In this document: positions 25,279-36,515 of the stretch, piece by piece | Position numbering within the stretch: the stretch's first letter is position 1 | How the letters are laid out: each line of letters opens with the position of its first letter | DNA from: Octopus bimaculoides | Lineage: Eukaryota | Reading direction: 5' to 3' | Assembly: GCF_001194135.2 (NCBI RefSeq) | Contig: NC_068993.1 | Location: 15,531,909-15,587,516, forward strand | Length of the DNA: 55,608 nucleotides | Notes under the pieces: model-generated | What the model was told of the DNA's origin: nothing | What the model saw: the letters and a program-made list of their open reading frames with translations, nothing else | Databases searched by the model: none | Made by a program: the position numbers and the translations under genes

Positions 25279-25954
25279 AAGAAACACGGATTTATATATA
25301 TATATATATATATNNNNNNNNNNNNNNNNNNNNNNNNNNNNNNNNNNNNNNNNNNNNNNNNNNNNNNNNNNNNNNNNNNNNNNNNNNNNNNNNNNNNNNN
25401 NNNNNNNNNNNNNNNNNNNNNNNNNNNNNNNNNNNNNNNNNNNNNNNNNNNNNNNNNNNNNNNNNNNNNNNNNNNNNNNNNNNNNNNNNNNNNNNNNNNN
25501 NNNNNNNNNNNNNNNNNNNNNNNNNNNNNNNNNNNNNNNNNNNNNNNNNNNNNNNNNNNNNNNNNNNNNNNNNNNNNNNNNNNNNNNNNNNNNNNNNNNN
25601 NNNNNNNNNNNNNNNNNNNNNNNNNNNNNNNNNNNNNNNNNNNNNNNNNNNNNNNNNNNNNNNNNNNNNNNNNNNNNNNNNNNNNNNNNNNNNNNNNNNN
25701 NNNNNNNNNNNNNNNNNNNNNNNNNNNNNNNNNNNNNNNNNNNNNNNNNNNNNNNNNNNNNNNNNNNNNNNNNNNNNNNNNNNNNNNNNNNNNNNNNNNN
25801 NNNNNTATATATTAGTACCTAGTTGTGACTCCATATATCAGTAGCTAGTTCTACTCCAATGTACCAGTACCTTGCTGTACTTCGACATATTAGAACGTAG
25901 TCTAGTTTTAGCCGTATAATTTCGTTCTTAGTTCTATGTTAAAAGGCTAGTGAA

Positions 25955-26155
25955 TAAAACAACAAAAGTCAGTTAGACGTACACATTGAATATATTCGAT
26001 TGACGCTCAGTATAAGTTTTAGATGGAAAACTATAAGTGTAAATAACGTTTCGAGCAAGGCTCTTCGTAAGAGAGAGGAAAAAGTCCAGAGAGGAACAAA
26101 AGGAGAAATGAATAGGTAATCCCGAGAAAATCACGTGTTTCGTTACATGACCGAA
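25955..26155 (-). mobile_element. Penelope-like hammerhead element, family HH2
   Basis: Same architecture as 30483-30697: CATGTAAC, GTGATTTT, pyrimidine tract, hammerhead, CTGAGCGTC. Confidence 0.55.
26045..26071 (-). ncRNA. Degenerate hammerhead motif
   Basis: CUUACGA-A-GAGC-CUU-GCUC-GAAA-CG-UU; palindromic ACGU stem III intact; G5U substitution; stem I poor. Confidence 0.5.
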
Positions 26156-27229
26156 CTACGCCTATGCATTACTGCCTATTTCTATCCATATTATTAGTAT
26201 CTATTTCTACTCGTTTGTATCAGTACCTAGTTCAATGTGTTTCATGCTATTGACAGTGTACCAAATATAATGGGTTCTGTTATCATTTAGCAAAATGCGA
26301 ACTGCTTTTCCCCAAATCCGCCAGATACAACCATTTCTCTTTCGTATTCACTAAGTATTTCAGTTTTCAAAATTAAAATCCCGCCTGGCCTACTTGAGTG
26401 GTAAACCTAAACCATCGCCCGGTATAACACTATCACCGGACACTTATCTGTCTTTTACAGTGTCCAATCTGCTGCAAGGATTCAGTTCTGTGTTCCCAGT
26501 TATTTGAAAATACCTTGCAATCTCTCTATGATTGCCCTGTAAAGTGTCATTGGTGTTCCCTTTCTCTCCTGACTAAAAGTTTTTTTTTTTAAATATCGAT
26601 TTATATTTAGTCGCTTACCATATGTTTCAAGTGTGTTCTCGTCAACAAACATGTATACCACTTAAAGGAGTGCAACAGAAGATATTTGAACAGAGATGAT
26701 AAGGCATGAAACTGAATCCTTTTCAGCGCTTACTACTAGTTCTTACGTGTTGTTCACTTCGCTCTTGGTTGAGGTCAATTTCCATTTAATTCTTCACGTC
26801 TTGCGTTGGAAAAACAAGAAACAACAATGGGCTGCGGTGATTAAATTGATTATACCCGATCTATGGAAAATTTCCATAGACGGGCGTATAATCAATTAGC
26901 ATTAAGTCTAATTAATCAATTAGAATTATTATTTAAATAATCAATTAGCATTATGTATGTTCTTAGTTTTAGCTGTTGTTATCTCTTTTGAGATTCTGGT
27001 GAACAACTGACACATCAATGTTCATGTTGTGATTCAAGAGAGGAATTCGCAGCAGAAATTTTCAATTACTTTCTTATCACACTGTATGAAACATTCTTAC
27101 AGTAAGTGACAAAAGCCGTTACGTGGTCGAGTAATCGGCTAGAAATAGCAGCCAAAATTTCCACGAATCAAACGCTGTCCTTTCAAGAAAAGTATAACTT
27201 TCCATAGAAAATACTAAAATGTGTGCAGA

Positions 27230-27444
27230 AATGGCTGTGGGGTAAGAAGCTTGCTTCAGTCCCATTCCGTTCCACCTTGGGCAAGTGTCTTCTCCGATAA
27301 CCTCGGGCCGACTAAAGCCTCGTGGATAGATTTGTTAGACGCAAACTGAAAGATGCTCATTCTACATATATTTGTTTATTTGTGTGTGTGCGTGCGTCTG
27401 TGTCTGTGTATGTCTGTGTGGTTGAATGCATGCGTGTATATATT

Positions 27445-27475
<31 letters not shown>

Positions 27476-27725
27476 GTATGTATTTATGCATGTATGCATA
27501 TGAGCATATGTTTGTGTGTCTGTGTTTGTCCCCCCACCATTGTTTCACAACTGATGTTTGTGTGTTTACGTCCCTATAACATACCGGTTCTTCAGAAGAG
27601 ACCGATAAGATACGTACTAGGCTTACAAAGAATAAGTCCTGGGTTCGGTCTGTTCGACTAAAGGCTGTGCTCCTGCATGACCGCAGTCACATGACTAAAA
27701 CAAATAAATGAAAGAAAGAATGAAT
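27230..27725 (+). mobile_element. SINE family B, near full length
   Basis: GGCTGTGGGGTAAGAAGCTTGC head, CACCTTGGGCAAGTGTCTTC CORE-like segment, internal microsatellite, GACTAAAACAA tail. Confidence 0.85.
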
Positions 27726-27909
27726 GCGATGAACACAAACACATTCTGTGAGATAGAATATCCGAAACTTATGGATGGGAGCTAAACAACAAAATGTCGA
27801 TTAAAAAAAAAAACGTTGCGATCTAGTAGTGGAATCGATTGTATCTACTGAACCACACTCGCTAAATTGCTGGCATTCTGGCTAAATAAGAAACAATATG
27901 GATTTAAAA

Positions 27910-28092
27910 ATTAGGGCACAAGACTGCCAAGTTCGGCGGAGAGGTAAATCGATTACATCGATTCCAGTGCTGAACTGGTATTTATTTCATCAACCGCGTA
28001 GGCATGAAACGCAAAGTTGACCTCGCCGGCATTTTAGCTCAGACGGACCAAATGTCCGTGCTAACGATTGTGCTAGCTCGCCACCTTAAAAC
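27910..28092 (-). mobile_element. SINE family A (left member of head-to-head pair)
   Basis: Reverse family A motifs; head at 28075-28092. Confidence 0.8.
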
Positions 28093-28130
28093 TAATACTA
28101 ATATTGTTTCTTATTTCTTTGATATTAGTT

Positions 28131-28345
28131 TTAAGGTGGCGAGCTGGCAGAATCGTTCGTGCACCGAGCAAACTGCTTATCGGCATTTCGTCCGTCTTTA
28201 CGTTCTGAATACAAATCTCTCCGAAGTCGATTTACATTTCATCCCTTAGGGGTCGATTACACAAATTCCAGTTTAATACTGGGGTCAAAGTAACTTGCGT
28301 ATCCTCTCCCTGAAATTGCTTATCTGCCAACATTTGAAACTAATA
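28131..28345 (+). mobile_element. SINE family A (right member of head-to-head pair)
   Basis: TTAAGGTGGCGAGCTGGCAGAATCG head and TTTGAAAC tail. Confidence 0.85.
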
Positions 28346-28559
28346 TTAATCTCAGTACGTGATCTGTGGACTGGCAGAGACGTTAGAGCGTCGAACAAAA
28401 TGCAGTAATTTTATTTCTTACTGCTCGTTACCTTCTGGGTTTCAATCTCACCAAAATCCACGTAAACTTTCATCTGTCTTAAGTCAACCTTAGTGTACAA
28501 ATCAAATGCTTTCTCACCCAAGATTTCTGGTTGTGTATCATATTAATTTCAATAAAAGA

Positions 28560-29045
28560 GAGGTATGGCTATGTGGTAAGAAGTTTCCATCCCAACCCTA
28601 TGGTTCCCAACCACATGGTTCCGGGTTCAATCCAACTGCGTGGTACCTTGGGCAAGTATCTTCTACTATAGCCCCGTGTTGACCAAAGCTTTTTGAATGT
28701 ATCTGATGGACGGGAAATGAAACAAAACCGTTGTGTGTGTGTGTGTATACATATATATATTTTTTATATTATCCATCTATATATATATGTATATATATAT
28801 ATATATATATATGTACGTATATGTACACACACACACATCTATATATCTGTTTGCGTGCGTGTCTGTGTTTGATCCTGAGCACCGCTTGATGAACGGTGTT
28901 GGTGTGTTTACGTCTCTGTAACTTAGAGGCTCGGTAAAAGAAACCGATAGAATAAGTACCTTACTTTACGAACACAAAAAAGATATTAAGAAGTACAGGG
29001 TTCGATTTGTTCCACTGAAACTCTTCATAACAGTGCCCATGTATC
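28560..29045 (+). mobile_element. SINE family B with a short internal duplication in the head
   Basis: CCCAACCCTATGGTT-CCCAACCACATGGTT duplication; B-box GGGTTCAATCC; CORE-like ACCTTGGGCAAGT. Confidence 0.85.
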
Positions 29046-29119
29046 AATATCAGATATCACTGTAGATTTAATATGAAAGCAGTGTGTTGATAGACACGTC
29101 AAGCGATCGATTATACATG

Positions 29120-29690
29120 CAGGGTGGCCGAAAAGTTGGTTTACAGTTATCACGTAGGCACTTTAAATTTCTTTTAAAACATTGTAGTACATTTAAATTT
29201 CTATCTTACAAACTGAAGAGGAGCTTGACAAAATTAACTAAGTTAACATAGAATAACGTTTTCTTATTTATTATAATTAAGATGTTGTTGTTGGCATTCT
29301 GTCGCTTACGACGTCGAGGGTTCCAGTTGATCCGATCACCGGAACAGCCTGTTCGTGAAATTAACTTGCAAGTGGCTGAGTACTACACAGACATGTGTAC
29401 CCTTAACGTAGTTCTCGGAGATATTCGGCGTGACACACTGTAGCAAGTCTGACCCTTTGAATTACAGGCACAACAGAAACAGGAAGTAAGAGTGAGAGAA
29501 AGTTGTGGTGTTTTCGCTCAATAATCATTCACAACGCCCGGTCTGGAAATCGAAACCGCGATCCTATGACTCTGAGTCCGCTGCCCTGACCGCTGGGCCA
29601 TTGCGCCTCCACAACTAACATGTAAACTGTTAATATATGAATACGAAAGAGATAGTTGAATAACTGTAAACCTAACTTTGGGCCACGCTG
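29120..29690. mobile_element. Tc1/mariner-type MITE with ~30-bp TIRs, interrupted by a SINE
   Basis: Left TIR 29120-29149 CAGGGTGGCCGAAAAGTTGGTTTACAGTTA; right TIR 29661-29690 (reverse CAGCGTGGCCCAAAGTTAGGTTTACAGTTA) followed by TA. Confidence 0.8.
29286..29612 (-). mobile_element. tRNA-derived SINE family C, full length, (AAC)n tail
   Basis: Head GTGGAGGCGCAATGGCCCAGCGG (A box) and GGTTTCGATTTCC (B box); candidate TSD AATTAAGATGT (29275-29285) / AACTAACATGT (29613-29623). Confidence 0.85.
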
Positions 29691-29949
29691 TATAATCGGT
29701 GTTTAGTTACCTCCCCTTGTGTTATGCCTATATATATATATACCGCTGAAGTCGACTTGGCTTTCATCGTTCGATAGTCAATAGGAATAACAGTGAAGTA
29801 CTGTAAACGACTATATCAACACACACACCCCTACCCAAAATATGCAGTCTTGTGCCAAAGTAAGAAATCAATATAATTTCAGATAGATCTATATATCTAT
29901 AACAATGCATCTAAATATAAATATAGCTATTTAATGTACCTATTCACCT

Positions 29950-30395
29950 CCTTGCTGGTATCTCCCACGCTCTCGCTCTCTCTATCTCTCTATCTCTCTC
30001 TTTCTCTCTCTCATACTCACTCTCCCCTCTATATTCCTCCCTTTCTCATTCCACCTCTTTCTTAGACTTTCTATCTGTTTCTGTATGTTTGTCTATCTAT
30101 CTTTCTCTATATCTGTGTCTTTGCATGTCTGTGTTTCTTTATCTTTCTCTCTCACTTTCCCCCTCTCTCCTTCTTTTTCCTCCCGCGCTTTCCCTCTTTC
30201 TCTTTCTCTCTCTCTTTCTCTTTTTCTCTTTCTCTCTTTCCCCGGTCGTGTTTTCAGATATAACTGTTGAATATATAAACGCATAACTGATTTCGTACGA
30301 ACAGGATATGTATCTATATTAGGCATTCTCCCTCTCTCTCATTTATTCAGCCTCCCTCTCACTCTCTTGCTACCTCTATCTCACTCTCACTCTCA

Positions 30396-30420
<25 letters not shown>
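29950..30420 (+). repeat. Pyrimidine-rich (CT)n-type low-complexity tract
   Basis: Direct reading. Confidence 0.8.
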
Positions 30421-30449
<29 letters not shown>

Positions 30450-30482
30450 GTGTGTGTATGTGTGTGTGTGTGTGTGTGTGTG

Positions 30483-30697
30483 TAACTACATGTAACTCAT
30501 TGGTGATTTTTATCCCTCCGTCTCCCTTTTCTCTTGGCCCTTCCTCTGTCTCCTGTTTCTGAAGAAGAGCTTTGCTCGAAGCGTAAAACCCCTTTCTTTC
30601 CTTCCCTGAGCGTCTGCTAATACTTTGCATGTCCCACGTCCTTGCGTGGTTCTTTTTTCTGTGTTTGTTCTTCACTTATTTTGGGATCTTATATGTA
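30483..30697 (+). mobile_element. Penelope-like hammerhead element, family HH2
   Basis: Between (TG)n and TA/gap; pyrimidine tract, hammerhead, CTGAGCGTC, TAATAC, U-rich tail. Confidence 0.65.
30555..30589 (+). ncRNA. Minimal hammerhead motif with one core substitution
   Basis: GUUU-CUGAAGA-A-GAGC-UUU-GCUC-GAAG-CG-UA-AAAC: stem I GUUU/AAAC, stem II GAGC/GCUC, GUA triplet; A15.1G. Confidence 0.65.
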
Positions 30698-31089
30698 TAN
30701 NNNNNNNNNNNNNNNNNNNNNNNNNNNNNNNNNNNNNNNNNNNNNNNNNNNNNNNNNNNNNNNNNNNNNNNNNNNNNNNNNNNNNNNNNNNNNNNNNNNN
30801 NNNNNNNNNNNNNNNNNNNNNNNNNNNGTGTGTTTGTGTGTGTGTGAGTTTGTAGTGCTTAACCCCTAGATTCCCCCAAGCCTCGAAGATATTAATTAGA
30901 GTAATAATCATTTCCATTCAAGTGTGAGTGCGACAAAAGGAGACATGGTCGTCATGGGATGGTTTATGTTCCCTGAAAACAAGATGGCTGGTGTGATTGA
31001 ACTATGGAAATATGGAATTATATCGTAGATATGTTTTACCAAGACCCATGTTTGTTTTAGATATTCATTTAGCAATACTAACACATTGC

Positions 31090-31302
31090 AAGGCGTCGAG
31101 CTTGCAGAAACGTCAGCACGCCTGACGAAATGTTTAGCGGTATTTCGTCTGTCTTTTAGTTCTGAGTTCAAATTCCGCCGAGGTCGACTTTGCATTTTAT
31201 CCTTTCGAGATCGATAAATTAAGTACCATTTGATTACTGGTTTCGATCTAATCGTCTGGCCCCCTCCCCCAAAATTTCGGGACTTATGCCTAGAGTAGAA
31301 AT
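31090..31302 (+). mobile_element. SINE family A, full length
   Basis: A box, B box GAGTTCAAATTCC, central domain and tail all present. Confidence 0.9.
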
Positions 31303-31737
31303 GATACGAACACATTGCTCTATTTCTTAATCTATCTCTTTACCTATCTTTCCTTAACTCCCTATTTAAGTCATACCATTTACCATTGTTTGATTCCGCG
31401 TATCTCTCTTGCCCCCCCCCCACGTCTATCTGTCTATGTATCTATTTATCTATCCGTCTAACTGTATATATATGCATGCGTGAGTGTGGAGGCATGTACG
31501 TACGTGCGAGTATGACTCCCTCTCACATATATTCACTTTCATTCTCTCACCTTTGTATATATATACACACACATATATACATACCGACGCCTGTGCATAC
31601 ACTCACACACATAGTTATGCATACAAATAAGTATAGATAGAGAAAATGTATATATGTATATATATGTATATGTGCTTGGATTAATGGTATGCATGCATGA
31701 CTGTATCTATACAGATGAGTATACATACACACGTAAA

Positions 31738-31776
<39 letters not shown>

Positions 31777-31964
31777 TTGCATACAGACCTAAATACACAC
31801 TCACGGAGGAAAAGACATCAGGCAGGTGAAGTCCTCTTTGCCTTGTATCATTGTAAATAGATTGATGTACAGAACAGAATAGTGTGAAGTAACTCTGCGA
31901 GAACTACGAATTCCCTAGCTCAATATTCACATATATTTCTACATATACGTACATGCAGATATGA

Positions 31965-31999
<35 letters not shown>

Positions 32000-32247
32000 T
32001 GTATCTATCTATCTATCTATATATATATATATGGATGTATGCATTTTATCAGTATCTGATCATGTGTTGAAATATTTTTAGTAAGAATCGAAACTAAAAT
32101 ACTGCCAACATTTCTGAAGATATCTTATGAAAACAAAAATCGATAGAGCACATGCACAGCTTAGATTTCGTTAACAATAACCCGAAGACATTATGAAGAT
32201 TTTCAATCGTGTAACATAATAATAATAATAACAATAATAATAATAAC

Positions 32248-32318
<71 letters not shown>

Positions 32319-32623
32319 ATAACAACGATAATCAGAAGAATGATAACTATAATAACAACAATAATAATACTGTATTTTGAGATGAAAAATGGAAAAAATA
32401 AAGAAAGTTAAAAATATCTACGTGTATTTCCTAACAGCCCGGAGAATAATTTCTAACAAATAAACTCAGGTAGAAAAATCTAGAAATATTTTTGAATTTA
32501 TATGAATACCATAAAATTTGTATTAGAAAGTAGAAAACAACGAGAACAAATAAATACATGCATGTATGCATGAATACGTGCAGGCACACACACACACATA
32601 CGTACATACATACATACATATAT

Positions 32624-32705
<82 letters not shown>

Positions 32706-33619
32706 GTCACAATCTCAAAGCATACCAACAGCAACAGAAGCAACAGCGATGACGATGATGATGATGATGGTGATGATGAAGCAGAAGATCACTGAATATT
32801 TGTGTAAAAAGATAGAGAGATAACTAGATTATATTTACGTTTAGCCCAACTGAAGATTTAACTGTGTTTGGTTTTAAATATATCTGGACGCATTATGGCT
32901 AGAAATAGAAACGAAATATAGCTGATATCAAATGTTAATTTATTTTTTAAAAAAACTTGGATGCAGTCGTTAACATAGATCTTTACACACGAAATCTGCC
33001 TGATGGTCATGGATGGATACACCAGCATTGTAAACGAACCAGTGAAGGAATCTTTCGGCGACGGCCCCGAAATTTTGTCCACGAAAACAAATGAATGCAT
33101 CTTATAATGAACTTACAAGGAGTCATGCCGATGTTTATTTAGTAATTTCTTTTATCTCCTGAGGCTCATGAATGAATGCTTTTTTTTCCTCTGAAGTTTG
33201 GCCAACTATCATCCATGAAGCATATTAACACACGTTCCTTATTTGTCTGTGTACGAAAATTATAACGTAATGTTTTAATTGTTTTTATTACTTTTCATGG
33301 TATACATCTTGCCAAGTCCAGAGATATTCACGGAAGCAATACTGTCGGCAGATTTATTGATTGGAGAAATATGGAGAGAAATCGACCAGAAGACGATATA
33401 TTAAAATGTCTTGGCTCTTTGCCCAGTCAGATAAGGAGATAATGCAAACTGTTTAGATCTAAACATAAAAAAAAGTAACTGGAACGATAATATATGCACT
33501 CCGAGAGACGGCTCGATTCATTCACCCCAAAACATTAAGAGGTGGATAAATTGTCAAAAAACAAAACATCTTCAACTTGGAAACGATCAGGATATAGGGA
33601 TAAAAACAAACGAAGTACT

Positions 33620-33857
33620 TTATTTACATTATTTACATTTGACGGATATTTGTCCTCATTTTGTTTGTTGTTTCGGCTAATATACCCTCCAGCTTTCTTC
33701 AGGTGTCTTGGGGAAATTTTGAACCTGGGTTCTCATTCCTAAGGGTACTTTTCCATGTTATTATTATTACTATTATTATTGTTAAGGTCACTGCTTGGAA
33801 TCGAACTCGGAATCTTGGGTTTAGTAGCCCATGCTCTTAACCACTACGCCATATGCG
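33620..33857 (-). mobile_element. tRNA-headed SINE-like element with hammerhead-core tail, flanked by 12-bp TSD
   Basis: A box TGGCGTAGTGG (33841-33851), B box GAGTTCGATTCC (33797-33808), (AAT)n linker, CUGAAGA...GAAAC (33670-33702), tail (ATGTAAATA)x2; TSD AAACGAAGTACT (33608-33619) / AAAGGAAGTACT (33858-33869). Confidence 0.8.
33670..33706 (-). ncRNA. Partial hammerhead motif (cleavage site absent in this copy)
   Basis: ACAC-CUGAAGA-A-AGCU-GGAGGGUAUAUU-AGCC-GAAAC; stem II has 3 bp plus an A/C mismatch; no NUH or stem I partner follows. Confidence 0.5.
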
Positions 33858-33939
33858 AAAGGAAGTACTAATTATAAATGGAGCACTAAGGCTTGGTGAA
33901 GCGTATAAACAAATTTGTAAATAACATTGATTTCATATT

Positions 33940-34148
33940 TTAGCACAAGGTTAGCAATTTCGTAGGAAGAGATTCCTTACATCGACCACAGTGCTCAAAT
34001 GGTACTTATCTTTTTAAGCCTAGTACTTATTCTATAGCACTATTTTTTGACGATGCACTACCTTCATGAGAGCACAAACAAACCAACACCGTTGGTACGG
34101 TTGTTAAGCAGTGGTGGAGTACATACACAGACAACCCCGTATATATAT
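33940..34148 (-). mobile_element. Adjacent SINE A (33940-34010) and SINE B (34012-34148) fragments
   Basis: TTAGCACAAGG...TACATCGACC; AAGCCTAGTACTTATTCTAT...ACACAGACA then (TA)n. Confidence 0.65.
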
Positions 34149-34812
34149 ATATACCTTCCTCTGAGGCATGATGCAGTTGCAAGGACCATTTACAATGCTA
34201 TCCGCAGGAAGGACATCCCTGACGTATATATCAAAGGTATATGCGAACCAGCAGGTATTCACAACTTTACAAACAAGGAACACTGGTGGAAAAGCCCATT
34301 AGAAACATCTGTTCAGTGCAAACATAACAGACGTAATTTTGTTCTGTGGAACAGGTAACAAAAGTCATGAACTGTTGTGGAAGTCAGCTGACCAGCAAAT
34401 GTGGATGTACAATGAAAAATCCAAGAAAAAGGGAACGTTTATGGCGAATTAATGTGGAACTTACTACACTTGTACCCTGACTGTGAATTCTCAATAGTTA
34501 CAAAAGGTTTATGCACCGACAAATTTGCACAAAACCTTGGAGTATTCGGTTTCACGGAGAAAGAACAAAAGAAACTGACGCGGATTCTCCAAATGAAATC
34601 TATTAATGGCGAAATGATAATTTGTAAGATATTCCAAAGATTCGTCGTTTGAGATCCTTATGTGAAAAAATACATACGCCTAGGTACATGCATCGACAGT
34701 TCAATCAACACACCAACTCAACCATGTATTTACAGATACCGAGAAATCGCTTGCAAAAAACCGGCTTCAAAAGACAGGCTTCAACAGTCTTCAAAGAACT
34801 TAAATAAAACTC
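34149..34812 (+). pseudogene. 5'-truncated RLE-type (R4/Dong-like) retrotransposon 3' end
   Basis: Single frame with stops: YLPLRHDAVARTIYNAIRRKD...EHWWKSPLETSVQCKHNRRNFVLWNR*...VVEVS*PANV...VYGELMWNLLHLYPD...LGVFGF...IICKIFQ; 3' UTR ends TAAATAAAACTC, then (ATAC)n. Confidence 0.9.
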
Positions 34813-34974
34813 AAAGGAAAATCATACATACTTACATACATTCAAACATACATACATACATACAACCATGCATACATTGTTTAATAACAATTTGATTTGA
34901 GTTCAGGCAACTTAAAGATTTGTGGACTTGTAAAATAAATAGACAGGGAGACAGACAGACAGACAGACAGAAAC

Positions 34975-35027
<53 letters not shown>

Positions 35028-35221
35028 CTTGTACATATTTTGTTGTCTGAATGGAGTCACAACAGGCACAAAATTTATTTCGATACAAGAATTCACATGA
35101 AGAATTATGCAAACCAGATACACACATATACATATGTGTGTGTATATACATATAAATATATATTCAAGTCTCTCTCTTCTTCTCACTTTCTCTCTCTCTT
35201 TCTCTTCATGTATGCATGTAT

Positions 35222-35280
<59 letters not shown>

Positions 35281-36069
35281 TATNNNNNNNNNNNNNNNNN
35301 NNNNNNNNNNNNNNNNNNNNNNNNNNNNNNNNNNNNNNNNNNNNNNNNNNNNNNNNNNNNNNNNNNNNNNNNNNNNNNNNNNNNNNNNNNNNNNNNNNNN
35401 NNNNNNNNNNNNNNNNNNNNNNNNNNNNNNNNNNNNNNNNNNNNNNNNNNNNNNNNNNNNNNNNNNNNNNNNNNNNNNNNNNNNNNNNNNNNNNNNNNNN
35501 NNNNNNNNGGACGGAAATACCTACATAAATATTTGTTGAAGTAGGAAGAAAGAGCGAGCTAACTGCAAACCGACGACGAGAGGAAGTATTTTGCTTGTCA
35601 ACTGCTACACGGATAACTTATCTCAAAACATAACAACAAAGGGCAGGAAGGGGGTCAGAAGAAGGAGAATAAGGTTACAGCGAAAAAGATGAATGATTGG
35701 AATGCGTATGCAATTTTTGGTAAAGGTCATACTTTCAATTAAAAGTGCTTCTGAAAATTGGCATTCACATATTTTTTTTTTTTTTTCAAAGTTGGTAACT
35801 ATTAATTAATAAAACTGAAGTGATGATAAATATGATATAACGTCATATGTTTTTATAGTATAAAGTTAAGGTTAGGTGTCAGTTATTTAGAACAATTTAA
35901 TGATTTTAATAATGCTACGGTTGAGAAATCATATGTTAAGTTTTGATTTAAAGTATTGTTGGTGGATGAAGGGAATATAAATTTATTTGGTTATATATTG
36001 TTCTCTCTTTTATTGGTTTTAAATATAAGTACACTTAACATGTGCCACTTGGTACTAAATTCTCTTATC

Positions 36070-36272
36070 TGGGTATCACTGTGGTCATGCTGGAGCAGAG
36101 ACTTGAACGGTTTAATCGCACAAATCACCCGCGATATATTTTTTTTTAGCCTGATGTTCATTCAATCGCTAGAATTTAGTATTTGATTATTGGGACGTAA
36201 ACAAACCACCACTGGTTGTCAAGCTGTGGTTGAGGAAAAACACTCACGCGACACACACACATACACACACAC

Positions 36273-36347
<75 letters not shown>

Positions 36348-36515
36348 TGTATGTATGTATACGGCGAGCTCTTTTTAGGTTTCTGCCTACTAAATCTACT
36401 CGCACGGCTTTAATTGGCTCGAGGCTGTAAAACAAGTCACTTGCCCACGCAGTGGAACTGAACCCAGAACCACGTGATTGAGAAACAAACTCCTTACCGC
36501 ACAGTCTCGCTTGCA
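36070..36515 (-). mobile_element. SINE family B, degenerate full length
   Basis: Reverse head (GAACCCAGAACCACGTG...CCTTACCGCACAG), internal TA/TATG microsatellite, tail CATGCTGGAGCA. Confidence 0.8.

Noticed and set aside
33785-33857. Functional tRNA gene (also SINE heads at 29540-29612 and elsewhere)
   Set aside because: Acceptor and T stems do not pair and the heads run into SINE bodies; these are tRNA-derived heads, not tRNAs.
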